Positions 14,552-28,156 of a stretch of DNA of 64,000 bases are shown here, in pieces. A program made the position numbers and the translations under genes. Position 1 is the stretch's first letter; every line of letters starts with the position of its first letter. This DNA is from Xylographa opegraphella (taxonomy: Eukaryota), in assembly GCA_022813865.1 (NCBI GenBank), contig JALDZX010000011.1, positions 62,001-126,000 on the forward strand, given 5' to 3'. The notes under the pieces were generated by a model that had not been told where the DNA came from, searched no databases, and worked only from the letters and a program-made list of their open reading frames with translations.

Positions 14552-17500
14552 ATGGCTTTGACGTCGGTGAGAGTGTATCCTCAATTGGTAGGAGAGCAGC
14601 CTAGCTAATAATCATAGTGGAAGATATTTAACTTCTTCGATGTCAGCCAAGTGAAGCCCCCGGACGACACTGAGCAATTATCCATCTTCGATGTAAGCTA
14701 CACGTCCTGCATCCGAGACCACTGCTAATACTGCAAGAGTACTGAGATCAGTTGTGTGTGCTCGGGTTCGGAAAGTGTTTTTGTTGGCAGCAATGATGGC
14801 TACGTCCGCATACTGTCATCGACATTCAAGGTCGTCAAAAAGTTCCACGCTTATCAAACCGGCTCCATCACCCACATGAAGCAGGTCAATGGAACGGCAC
14901 TTTTGGTCACGATAGCTGAAGATTTGTTGAATGATCCGGTATTGAAGGTCTGGGCTTTGGACAAGCTCGACAAAAAGGGGGTGGGCCTTTTATCTACTCT
15001 GGGCATTCAAAATGGACGGAAGCAATTTCCTGTATGTGCAAGCTGTGATATGAAGTACTGATAGAGGCTGAGAGACATAGATTTCTGCCTTCGCAGCGCT
15101 GGAAGATCTTTCCCAGCTGGCCATTGGTTTCGCCAATGGTGCCGTGACGGTGGTCAGAGGGGATCTCATCCATGACCGAGGCGCAAAACAGCGGACGGTC
15201 TTCGAATCCGAGGAGCCTATCACTGGGGTCGCATTTCGTGAGGGCCCCATCACAACCTTATACTTGTCGACCACGGGAAGGATACTCACTCTCACAATAA
15301 GTGGAAAGGGTCAAGGACAGCCAGCGAAGCCTATAGCAGACGTCGGTTGTGGAGTTGATTGTATGACCGTCGAGGAAAGTAGTGGGGAGATCATTGTGGT
15401 TCGGGATGATTCTATATACTACTACGGAGCCAACGGTCGAGGGCCGTCCTTCGCGTACGAAGGACCGAAACAGCTTGTGAAGACATTCAACCAATATGTG
15501 GCTGTAGCATCGCCTCCGCAGGCATCTTTGCCCAGTAGTAACAGCGCACTTCGCGCATTTGGTGGCGGTCGTGCAGATGAGATATTCAACCCGTCTAGCT
15601 TCGCTTTGATAGACACTGACTTGAAGTACGTCGCCCACACTGAAACACTAACATCGCAAGTTCGAGCTGTCTTTGTAGAATGGAGGGATTTATTTCTTTT
15701 GACATCGGATGGCAAGGTCTGTCATGATTCTTCTCAGTCAACGTACACGAGCTGACGACTTAGCTCTTTCGCTACCATGAGAAACCCATACAGCAAAAGC
15801 TTGATATACTCTATCAGCGCAATCTATTTGTACTGGCAATAAATCTTGCACAGAAAGCCAATCTCGATGTCACGCAACGAAATATTATCCTTCGAAGATA
15901 TGGTGACTACCTTTACCAGAAGGGAGACTACGACACCGCTATGCAGCAATATCTGAAAGCTATTGACAACACAGAGCCTTCTCAGGTCATTCGAAAGGTA
16001 CACGAGGCCTTTACTTGTACAAAGCTCCTGAATGCTGAGGAGTAATCTTTAGTTTCTTGACACACAACGAATACACAACCTCATCGAATATTTAGAAGAG
16101 CTACATGAACATGACAAGGCAACGGTTGACCATACGACTTTATTGTTAAACTGTTACGCGAAACTCAAAGACACCGAAAAGTTGGAAACTTTCATCAAGT
16201 CGGGCAACAATTTTGATTTCGAGACCGCAATTACTATGTGTCGGCAGGGTGGATACCACGATCAAGCGGTTTTCCTCGCGAAAAAGCATGGCGAGCATGA
16301 TCTCGTGGTCGATATTTTGATGGAAGATTCCAAGAGATATGACGACGCACTGGAGTACATCTGGAGACAAGAGCCTGCTCTTGCGTATTCCAATCTGATG
16401 AAATATGCCAGAGTGCTTCTGGAGCATTGTTCAGGCAATGCTACCCACCTTTTTATAGACTATTATACAGGAGAGTATCGACCGAAGAAAGACTTCGTGA
16501 ATCAAGCTGCTCCTTCAATTCCCAGTGGAACGACGAGTGCACTTCCAAGTCTCTCCTCCTTCATCCCTTTAGCATACAGACCCAATATAGCATCTCCAGC
16601 AACATTAGGAAATCAGCCGGCTGATCTTAGCAATGCGGAATCTGCAGAAGCCGACGCTGCAGAACCTCCTCCTCAGTACGATATACCTAAGCCAAGGACG
16701 GCTTTTTCTGCTTTCGTGGATCATCGAGAGCAATTTATCACGTTCCTTGAGTCCTGTGTCAAGCAAGACCATGTCGAGCAAAATGACAGAGTCGATTTGT
16801 ATACGGCCCTGTTTGAGATGTATTTAGAAACTGCGAGCCACGAAAAGGATGATAATAAACACGAGTGGGAAGCGAAAGCTAGAAGGTTGATTGACGACCC
16901 AAATGTAAGCTATCGGGAGCCCAACACTACGATTTACACTTACCACAGCACAGGTCCCGATTGACGCTTCGAACGTTCTCCTCCTTTCGCATCTCTCCGA
17001 CTTCCGTGATGGCACGATCCTCGTGCGCGAGCAACAAGGCCTTCGATTCGATATATTCCGATCATACACCTCCGCCAGTGATACCGCCGGTGCAATCAAG
17101 GCACTGAGAAAATACGGACCGGAAGACCCACAGCTCTACCCGGCTGCGCTGGCATATTTCACATCGAGTCCCAAAATCCTGCAGGAAGCCGGAGACGAAC
17201 TCGATGCGGTCCTTAAGAAAATCAACGACGACGGTCTGATGGCTCCCTTACAAGTCATCCAGACCCTCAGCACCAACGCCGTCGCCACGATGGGCATGGT
17301 CAAGAAATACCTCAGCGACACCATCGAGCGTGAACGGCGCGAGATCTCCAACGTACCATTCCTCCCCCCCCCTCCTCTCCTCCGCTTTCCCTCACCTCCC
17401 CTCACCCACTAACCCCCACCCTCGCAGAACCGACGCCTCATCTCCAGCTACCGCACCGAAACCGCGACGAAGCGCCAAGAGTTCGACGACCTCGGCACCA

Positions 17501-17808
17501 AGCCCGTCGTGTTCCAAACCCGCCGCTGCGCCTCCTGCGGCGGCAGCCTCGACCTGCCCACGGTGCACTTCCTCTGCAAACACTCCTTCCACCAGCGCTG
17601 CCTCAATCAGACGCCCGGTGGCGACGGCTACGGCGAGTGCCCCGTGTGCGAGAAGCAGAACGCCACCATCCGCGCCATCCGCCGGGCGCAGGAGGACGCG
17701 GCCGAGAGGCATGATCTGTTCCAGGACGCGCTGCGCAGGAGTCGGGATCGCTTCGGCACGGTGGCGGAGTTTTTTGGGCGGGGCGTTATGGGTGTTGGGG
17801 GGGAGTAG
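14552..17808 (+). CDS. VPS11: Vacuolar protein sorting protein Vps11/Pep5 (HOPS/CORVET subunit)
   Basis: Spliced start MALTS|WKIFNFFDV. Contains YGDYLYQKGDYDTAMQQYLKAIDNTEPSQVIRK|FLDTQRIHNL and a C-terminal RING (CASCGGSLDLPTVHFLCKHSFHQRC...CPVC). Multiple GT-AG introns. Confidence 0.95.
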
Positions 17809-19083
17809 GTGTGGGGAATGGGGCGAGTGTGCAGTGGGTTGTTTGCTATATTCCATCGGTCGTGCTTGTCTCTAGGTACCTAGCCTGTGCTCAGAGCTGA
17901 ATACACGCCGTCTCTATCAGCTAGGATCTCTACGCGTGCCTCCTTCGCTAGGAGCAGCAAGCATATCCGCGCCCGTCTCCCTAACCTAGCTAGGCCACCC
18001 TCCCCGTTCTTCGCCCCCCACCCTCCCCCTGTGACGGTTGATGCTTTTTTGGTCGGAGTTGGTGCGGCGGAAAGATACTGCCTCGCTGCTCTGCTCTGCT
18101 CTGCTATCCTCCCATCACAGGCCATCCCCGTCTCGCGGTCAAGCACATTTCCATTTTCCGGCCCGTATGTATGGAAATGCATGAAGGAAAAGAGGGTGGC
18201 TTTTTCCGTCGCGCGGAAAAACCTCGAGGCCCCCCTGTTGAGTGGAAAGGGTCAGATACTCCATCCCACGCTGAGGAATGGAACGTGGCGCCACGCGCCG
18301 TGGATGGGATAGTCGTGTTCAGTAGAAGGGGCCTCGAAGGGGCGATGCTAGCTGGTGGAGAAGGTCCCTGCGTCTCGTATCTCCGTCGTGTTGGTCCAGC
18401 GCAGTCCCAAACGTAGTTGGATGGGGCGCTGAGGATGGGGTGATTCCGTGTCGTGATTCCCGTATCGTGTCGCCTGCCAGAGTCAGCGCCTGGTAGGTCC
18501 AGGGCCCGCGGCCGAGCGGGAAGTCATGAACTATCCGGACGGAGGAGATCTAGGAGTAGGTAGAATTACGTGCATGGGGGGTAACCTTTTCCTCGTTATA
18601 TATGCCACGAGGGTGGAGATATCAGCCAGTTGTGAAGTTATCATCTCGAGCGCCTTGATGTCAGAGCCTCTCTTGCTCCCTCGCTACATTTCTGAGCGGG
18701 TTGCGGAGTTTGCTCCCGTGCGTCTCTCAAAAGCAGTTTCGGAATGAAATGGTAGTATATATGTAGATGAGTTTTATTCGGAAGAAGACGTGACTATTGA
18801 TCGACTAGGTAATTCACATTGATACTTTCTCTTCCTCGCCACCTGAAGCTACACTTCTGGCACCGCCGTAGGAAGCGTGACAGTGTTTCTTCTCAGCACA
18901 GTGGATAGCTCCCTTGATAAATCATGTCAAGAACGAACTTGCACAAGTAACATGAGTCTCGTCGTCTCCGTTTCCTTAGCGGGATATGTCCTGCCCGAGC
19001 CCAATCATGTACCCGGGCTACGTGGTCCTGATATCGCGCGCCACATTCTCTGTCCTGATGTCCGCCACCGCTCCAATCTGCTC

Positions 19084-22000
19084 TTACGTCAGATTTGTGA
19101 TATCGATAAACGCATTCTGCGCCGCCTCCTTCAGCTGCGTCAGCGCCTCCAGTATACCTAAAATCGTTTCCTCCCGCTGTCCCGTGGCACCCTCCCTCGC
19201 GGTGTCCCACGCCGCAATGAGGATGTTGATGCGCCGCTCGACCCACGCGGCGACGTTGTTCTGTATTTGGGGAATAAACACGCTGCGGAGATACTCGTCC
19301 CACATCTCCGGCAGGTTGGCAAGCGGCTGTGCGCCATTTGGGACGTTTGCATTATAGCGGTCTTGAAAGTGAGCCAGGGCATCACGGATGCCGTTCGCGG
19401 AGGATTTCCACGCCGTGTGTAGGTCCGGACGGTTCATGTAATCGAAGATGTCGATGACGTCCCGGATTACACTCGCGGCTCGAATACCTGTTGCGGTATC
19501 GGTGGTATCGTCGAGATTCTGCGCCTGCCACCTGTCGTCGCCAATGGGGTCATTGCCGCGGATGATTTGCATTTTGAGATTGTTCCAGTGAGGTTGCGTG
19601 TTGACCATGTGGCCGGCGTTGTTTGTGTCGCCATAAGCTCGCCAGACATCGTCGACAGGGGTCTCGTCAGCGGTGTCCGTCTGACCAGCTGGATCCCAAG
19701 CAGACCACCTTGTAACATACCGACCACCAGTAGCAAAGACACCGGGATCGATTACCGGGTGAGTGGTGTGGTAGGTGTGACCGTTCTGCAATGGGACATT
19801 TGCGCCCATGACGAATTCCAGGAATCGTGGATGAGTCTGCAACTCAAGGATATGCTCAGCAGCGGGAGTAAGCCCGGGCGGTATAACTGCATTTGGATTC
19901 CAGGTACGATCCACGCAATCGGCATTGTTCAAGTCGTAATAGCCTGCGTTGGGATTGTGCTGTAGGAGCTCACGGCCTCCCGTCCAATATGTGTGGCTGA
20001 AAATAGTAACAATGATTTGCAGATTAAAGTAAACATTAAATTCTCTCTCACCCCCGGTACGCTTCTCAAGTATCACCAGGCCTTCCAAACTTCGTCTTGG
20101 CGGAGCAAGTGGTTCGCTTCCGTCGTCCGGGTCGTTAAATTTGGGGTCGATATTCCCTAAATCAGACATAGGAGGGCAAGTAATATTGGCAGGTTGTGAC
20201 TTGGAACACTGAATGTATTCGCGGCTTCCGAAGATTGCAAATCCGCTCTCTTTCGGTGGATCCCGTCCAGGTGGGGTTGAGGATTCTGTATGAATCGTCT
20301 GGGGGTTAAAGGGAGGACCGGTAGCAAATGTATCGGTGCTGGCCCAGTCTGCTATACTGCCATTCATAGTCACATCTGCTGATGCTTGTTGGTCGCCATC
20401 ATAGACCGTCAATTGTGAACTGCCAGTGTTCGCAATACGAATCGTGTGAGGTATCCTTGCATTGAGTGATGCGCCGCCATTCAGAACTGACGTGTCATAC
20501 TGAAATACTTCCATTGATAGCGAATTCTCGAGAAGTAGCTCCAAGGCAAAAACAGTACCATCTTTAGTTGCAGCAGCTTGTGTTGTGTCGACCACGACGT
20601 CGCCAGTAAATGGATTGTTTGGGATATTGCCTGCAGCACCTCCGTGGAAATCTCCAACCGACAGCGGCTGGTTTACCTGAAAAGTGGCCTGGTTGCCTTG
20701 TTGGAAATCAACAGTGAAGTCCCTACTTTTGTCAGTTTACATACGTCCGTACGTATGGTGTGCCGGTACTTGCCCGTCTATCTGTCCAGATCCAAGTAGC
20801 CTTGCCTCAATATTCATTGTCGGTGAGAAGGATATGATGCCCGGATGACTGAACTCATATGCTGTTATAGGACTCGAGAATATTGGTAACCGTGGGTTAC
20901 CACCATCAATGTTAAGTACCCCTTTTCCATTGAAAGACAGAGTACCGGCGAGCTTGGGATTGCTGTCAAAATAGCTATATGCTTCTTCAAGTTTCAGTGC
21001 CGGCGCGATCGTGCCGACCATAGTAACTCCCCATTTGATAGTGCTTCTTACTTGCCCAGATAATTTTAGCTGCAGGAATCCATCTTGACTGCTTGAGCAA
21101 TTATTGCGTGATCCATCGTTATCATATAAAACAATGTCAAAATTCTGATTTTCAATGACCGCAGTAAAATGCTGATCAGCCATGACTCGCAGATTCCGGA
21201 TCACTGCCATGTCATCTGTCAGTTTTGTGGAAAAACTGCTCAGTGTAATACTTACGGTTCTGCCAAATACTCAAAGTGCCACTCCAGAACCTCGATATTA
21301 GTGTTCGTTTTTGATGATCTGCGGCCACGACTTGATTGTAGTAATCATGCGAGTCTGAGTAGTCTACTCGTAGGTATATGTCACCTGAATCGCGCTTGGC
21401 CAATGCAAAGTCGTAGCCGTAGTCTAAGTCATATACGATAGCATCCGAAGGGGCACGCTTCTTCAGATGATCTGGTAAGAACTGGTCCAATGAAGGAATG
21501 ACTGAATGTGCAACGGCATATGTAGCGAATCCGCAGTCCTCCGGCATCCGCATAATTGTCCCCGTCAGACCTCCAATGTGCATGTAATTACAGTTTGAAC
21601 TTTCAGAGCTATCCATACACAAAAATTTGGCGGTACCGCCGTCGTTGCCGCGTTCCTGGTCGCATGACAAAAATTCGATACGAGAGCCATCTCGCTTGTT
21701 AAGATTCGTGACTGCGTCTTGGGGTCCATCAATGACCACGAGGCCAAACACCTGAGGATTGGAATCTCCAACAAGGGAAGAGCCTGATGCGATCGTCTGC
21801 ATATCAAAGACCGGAATGTCCAAAACGGGTGGGAGGGTTGGAAAGAGCTTGTCGAGTGATACTGGCAGGAAGGGATTTAAATTCTTAGGCGTATTGCAGC
21901 AATATGGCTTCTGCCGGCCCCACCAGCAAGCCTGCCCCGTTGCGCCTTGCGGATCGAGCGTGAGCTCGATATCGGTGCTATGCATATTAGGAGACAGCTT

Positions 22001-24405
22001 GATAGAGACGAGGCCGAGTAAACTCACTTAGAACATTCGTTATCGTCACAGGTTCCCTGGCCAACCCAATGACACGCTTGAAAGTTATATCCACAACAGA
22101 ATTGTGATTTTTTCCAGCTGAGTCCGCAACCAACTTTTTGGAGTCAGTAAAATATAAAGATGAATAGGAGTTCAAGCTTTCTACTCACCATCACCAGGGC
22201 AATCAGAGACATAGACGTCCTTATACGTAAGATCGTATGGTTTATCCGCCGGACATGAAACATCAGGCGGTTGCCATTCACAAGTCTTGATCAAGTCCGC
22301 CCAGGTATTTGTTTCACAGCAAAATGCTTGCATGCCAGGTTTCAGACATTTAGTCGAACCATCTGGTGAGTGGAATAGCGTGACCTCGCCGGGATGACAC
22401 TGCCCATGGCATGATCCACTACCTCTCCAAGTACAAGATGTTGGCATTGCGTCAATGGGACAATAAATCTGGACAGTTATGAGCAACGGCTGTACAAATA
22501 GCAGACTCGAGTGCTTACGTATCTATTTTGAGAGCCACCGCAGGTATCTTTGAAATAGGCGCCGCCAGGAGCCATTGCATAACCTGGGGGTCCCTGCGCA
22601 TTATCTAGACAGTCAGTCATTATACATTTCTGCCAATTCTGTGACGCCCAATTTCCCGCGTCTGTCACTTGAGTCTTTTAGAGTTCCTCGTTGAATGAAG
22701 GGAGGCTTTTGCCAACGAGTCCAGTGAGGGCAGAGAAATCGTTGTCATCTAAATCGACGGCCCAAATCATGACGCCTCCGAGTCCAATATTGTTAGCCCA
22801 GTCCACCTTTTGCTTGAATGTCTTTGAGTCGTCGTAACTGACCCACTGATCATTGTCAGAACCGTATTGGAAATAATTGACGGCAGCATCTTGATCATGC
22901 TGAATGTCCGGTTTCTGAGCACTGATGATGTCCATGATCTCAAAATAGCCTAAAGTTCCTGCAGAAGCTGTACAAGGTCCGGCTTCGGCGGCTCCTTTGA
23001 ACAAGCAGCCCGGCTTACTACAACCAGAATCGGCAAGTTGAAATGATCGCCCATAGAAGCCTAAACCAAGCACGACCTTGGCGGGAGCAATTCCAACTCT
23101 CCAGAGCAAATCGATAGATAACTGGATCTCTGTCAAATTTGTATGTCCCTGGACGATGCTACCAATCGGGTTGTTCCGGTCCCATACACCATGCAGATCA
23201 TAACTCATCAAGTTGATCCAGTCGGCGTACTTCGCCATTGATGGTAGATCATACCACCGTAGATACCAGTAAGAGCTAGGAATAGTAAAGGAAATACCGT
23301 ATGAACCTCGCTCTGATCGTGAGAACGTATCTCTCAAGGTTTGAAGAAGCTTCACGTAGTTTTCGGTATCGTCGGTGGTGCCGCCACGATCAGGAGCACC
23401 AGGATATCTACCGCTGGTTAACGACCGCTCCCTATCAACTTCGTAAGGTGACAGGCATACTCCCAATCAATATCAATGCCATCAAACCCATATTGTTTCA
23501 TGAATGAAACAAGGTTGTCAGCAAAGGTCTGACGTTTGCCGGCATCTGCTGCGATAGAGGGGAATACGCCTTGGGTAGATGACCCGTTATCCGAAAAGGA
23601 CCATCCACCTACCGAAATGAAGACTTCCAACGCTGCATTGCCGGATTTCATGTTGCGAACATCAGTAGTCTGCGTAAACAAGTCTTCAGGAGTACTTGAA
23701 TCCATGGGGGTAATCTTCAAGCTGTTAGGGTCAATAGAGGCAAATGCAAAGTTAACATGCGTGAGACCATCGACTGGAAGTGCACTCGGGGGAAAGGCAT
23801 GGCAAGATCTTTGAGTAGACCAGCTCTCATAGTACCCGATTACTTTGTTAAGAACCGAAGACGAGCTCGCGCCCGCTGGGACTGGCGGATTGACAACGCA
23901 GTTGCTCTGACAGCTGCCCGTACAGAAATCGGAAGTGGACCCACAAAATCCATACTGGCTACAGCAGGTGTTCAATGGACATGTTTTTCCTGGGGGGTCG
24001 GCCCACGAGCCACCTGCAAGGCTATTTAGATGGTACTCTCAACGGTGGCATAGACTCACACTCGGCTCGTGCATCACATTGACTATCACAGTCTGCTCCA
24101 CACCAGGTCGGCCCCAGACCGCACTCCCCAGTATCTCCACCATCAAATCCTCCACAGCAAGCGTACTGCTTGCAAGGAGTACCTTTCTTACAAGAATACT
24201 CATCACGCCGAAAAATTGTCAAATTGGCGTCATCGATGATACGTGTAAGGGAAGATGACTTCTCTAATGCGGTTGCTGGATGAAGTTGCGTATCCTTCTT
24301 CCCAATCAAGCCAATAGAGCCAGAAGGAGAAAATGAGAAAATGGACCAAAGTAAGGCGAGGGCTAGCGGTATAAGGAAGGTCCTTGACCACCCACAAGAC
24401 CACAT
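19084..24405 (-). CDS. Subgroup C (killer-toxin-like) GH18 chitinase with two N-terminal chitin-binding (CBM18/hevein-like) modules and a long C-terminal extension; one in-frame stop at 22678-22680
   Basis: Exons 24405-24060, 24013-23461, 23407-22519, 22468-22189, 22133-22028, 21977-21256, 21203-20774 and 20722-19084 total 4965 nt in frame. Hydrophobic N-terminus, CPLNTCCSQYGFCG hevein motif, SVGGW, intact catalytic FDGIDIDWE|YPG, MSYDLHG, GLGGVMIWAVDLDD. An alternative ATG lies at 24435. Confidence 0.92.
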
Positions 24406-25448
24406 GGTACTAAGATTCGACAGGGGTACCGCCATTACTGTGGTGGTCACAACAACGCTTGGAATTTACCTATGAGCAACTGTAGACCTTAGGGCAAGAG
24501 GAGCAAAACAGAATGAAAAAAAGTAGATAGAGCACTGTAAAGGATGGGAACATAAGCAGAAAGGGATTTTCAGAGATAGCAATTGAGCTCCGAGCATGCT
24601 GAGCTGATATAGCAAGTTAAGATTACTTGATAGAGAACAGAGCCCCAGTATGTAGGACCAAGCATAGTAGATCCTCTAGTAGTCTACACAACTATGTCGA
24701 GGTCAGCCGCGGCGAGAAGAACGGACGAGCATCCTGCCATGCCTCCTGCCGAAGGATGAAGGCATAGTGCTTGGGACAAGCGGAATGCTGTATCATCATC
24801 AGCTTCACCGCATACGCCATAAGATGCGGTCTTTCTCGTCCAGCTCAGTGGCGGTGAAAAGTCCATAGGAAGCGATGGTAGAACGCTCTGATCTAGCGGC
24901 CAGGAAAGTGGAGATTGCATCATCTCGCTCCGCCGACAGTTGTAAGCGCTAACAGGATCTATCTTCAGGCGCATCAATACCTGAGCAGAAACATTTCAGA
25001 CCAATGCTTCTACATGGCTGGCCAGAAAGTCAGCCGTTGAATGTGCTGATGCCACTGGCCTGGAGTTTACCGCCGATGCGGTCAGGTCCAGACCGTGAAA
25101 CGATCAGCCTCGCAGGATTTGGATGGATTGTCTTTGCCTCAACCGACTGTATCAATCGTGCTGACCACCATCTGACAAGAGAGAGCTGAAGCAGTGCAGA
25201 TTTTATATTCATTCTCCACAATGCTCATGACCCTTCTGGCCACTTTCCCATCTTGTGGTCGTTTCGCTGTTGTCCCTGTTTGCTGGGTGTATAATGTTCA
25301 GTGCTTCTTCTCGTCTGTATTGCCATTGCATATCTCTCACATGCTATGCTGCTGATATCTGGGCTCGAAAGGTATTGTACGGCCCATTTTCACACATTGG
25401 CATTGACAAATATCGTGACCTTGCCCTACAATGTTTCTTGGGAAAGGC

Positions 25449-27806
25449 ATGAGTCTACGAGCAGTGTGGACGGCATTTATCTTCTCCGGCAGAGCATGGT
25501 CCCAGATCTTCGGTGACGGTTCGAACGGAGTGCCTCCGATTGTCTATGCTCCGCCGGCGGGCCTATCAACTGCGTGTAACGCAACATTTGCGACTCCAAT
25601 TCAATGCTCCCCGATTCTACCCATGATTGCCTGGCAAGGCTACTTTCCATCGGTCGACGATCTCCGTATTTTGTGCAATACCACTTGCTTACAGTCTATG
25701 GGGAGTTTTCGCAACAACCAGCTGGCCTCGTGCGGATCTGATGTGGAGATAGTTGCCGGGTCAACTTATCCGGCAACTTACAATGTCGACTACTTTATTT
25801 TTACGTACAACTACACTTGCCGGACTGATAGGTATCTTGGTCTTCCATAATTTCCTACGGTTCGAAGCTGAGTCTTCCAGAATCACAAATGCATGGTGTG
25901 CTCCACAGGTCGATTTGTGGGGCAACGATGCATCACCATCCGCAAACGAAACTTGTTCCGATTGTGTCTTGGGTACACTTCAGACGGAACTCAACTCCCC
26001 TTTCGGCTACGATGCAGATCTGGCCACAAACTTCACTTCTATGACATCTGCGTAAGCTTCTGGCTTTTCTTTTCTAATCTCATGTACTTCTTCCCTGTCT
26101 GGGACAGAGAGGCCCAGGAGTGTTCTATCACAGCCTAACCAATCAACTTTAGATGTCAAGCCTCGAGTTATCCGATTACATCGCCAGCTTCATATACAGC
26201 CTCTGGTACTGTAACCTCCACCACAGCGGCTGTGACACCCAGCTGCTCCATTTCGTATACAGTCCAGGCTGGTGACAACTGCAATACCATCAGTATTGCA
26301 CAAAACGTGTCAACATTTGATCTCTTGTACGAAAATGGCCTCGAAGGGTACTGCTCAAACTTTCCCGGCGCGGGAAAGAAATTATGTCTTCCGGATCAGT
26401 GCCATATTTACACGGTACAAACCAACGATACCTGTTACGGCATTACGCAGACGAACAACAATGCCTTTTCTATCTCACAATTGGTCTCTTGGAATCCAAA
26501 CCTCAATCGAGACTGCTCGAACATCAATCAGCTTGTTGGCTTGCAGATCTGCGTTTCCTTTCCTGGCACATCAGGTGGCGCATCCGTTTCAACTCCGTCC
26601 ACCACGTTCGCGCCGGTGCCACCGAATCTCGCGGTAGGCACGAACACCAACTGTTCGCGATACTATAACGTGTCAACCGGCGATTATTGTTCGTACATTA
26701 CAATACAGGAGGGTATTTCACTGCCCGACTTTTACTTCCTAAACCCCGAAATTAACTCGACGAATTGCAATAACTTACTTCTTGGTGAAAGCTATTGCGT
26801 AGCTCCTATTGGCACCATTTCGACTTATCCAGGATATGGGTATGTCAGCCTGGCAGTGCCAAATTCCCTTGCTAACTCCAACGATAGTGGTTTATCGGCT
26901 ACAGGTGCTCCAGACCCCTGCACAGGCATTTCAGCCGCATCAAGCTGCTTCGCGACGACATATATGACAGGCTCCGCTTGGGCATGGCCTACGAAACTGG
27001 CAACTACAACCGCAACAGCTGGTGCTGGGCTGCTACCGCTTGCTGCAGGGACCTTGAGCAATTGCACCACGTACGATCAATACTATACTTCCACATCGGA
27101 CAACAGCACAACCTACAACATCAATAGTTGTTACGCTGTTGCTCGATTTCGTGGCGCGACAACCGATCAGCTCGTAGCCTGGAACCCGTCCTTGAACTTC
27201 GACAGCAATAACCCAGACGCATGCGTCCTCGTCCCGGGCTTTCGATATTGCGTCTCTACGGCCGGAACGATGGCTATGACAACGACAACAGCCCCCATGG
27301 CCACATCGTCTCTGGCTACAATTATTCCTTCGCCCACAACCACTCCAACAGCTCCGACGGGCACCTGCTCGGGCGGCGTTGCAACCCCAGAGCAAACCCA
27401 AAGCGGCGAGCCATGCTGGTGCCAGAAATGGGTGGGGCAGGTCGATGGCCAATATTGTGCCGACATGGCTGCCGCTGCCGGCATCACCCTCGCTCAGCTG
27501 TACACCTTAAACCCACCGCTCAACAACGACTGTTCAGGCCTTTACAAAGGCTACGCATACTGCGTAGCACCGGTGCCTGTGGATCCGGCCTGTGCGGAGG
27601 GAACCTGGCCCCCGGGACCAGTCCAGGCGGGCATCTCATGCAAATGCGATAGTTGGGTCATGCAGCAGAGCGGTACGTACTGCGCAGACATGGCAGCAAC
27701 GGCAGGGATATCTTTGCAGCAACTATATAGTTTGAATTCGGCGCTGAATGGCGATTGTAGCGGGTTGTTTGTAGGGTATGCCTATTGTGTGGGGCTTGCT
27801 CCGTAG
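25449..27806 (+). CDS. Secreted LysM (CBM50) protein with an N-terminal Cys-rich domain and six LysM modules
   Basis: Likely signal peptide MSLRAVWTAFIFSGRAWS. Introns at 25832-25880, 26052-26152 and probably 26840-26887. Fungal LysM motifs such as YTVQAGDNC, QLVSWNPNLNRDC, FYFLNPEIN..C..L..G.SYCV. Divergent from the chitinase. Confidence 0.92.
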
Positions 27807-28156
27807 CTTTGGCTTAGAAAATCGGGGAAACAGTGTGTAGAAATAATAAAGCTGCCGCCTTCAGTATACTTAGCACACGGGTAGATCACCATTCAAATCG
27901 AAGTGCCCTTGAAAGTAGTCCGATTTTGAAACATTTGATTACGGCAGTCACATAGAAACCGCAACAGAGGACTTGGCATTCCTTTACCAGGCACAACACA
28001 GCCTCATCCTTCTGGCTGTAACCACGCCCAGCGACCTTGTCCCTCATCACGCTGCACGACCCACAATCTTCTCTCCCCACACCTTCACCCCATTGCTTCT
28101 TCTCATACCTTCTTCTCCCCATAATCCATTCCCCACCCTCCAACACCACCATCAGA

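Noticed and set aside
22675..22716. Hypothetical 42-nt intron that would remove the chitinase stop
   Set aside because: Poor donor (gttggc), the branch-like ctaa abuts the AG, and the removed sequence reads as plausible coding; not supported without RNA data.
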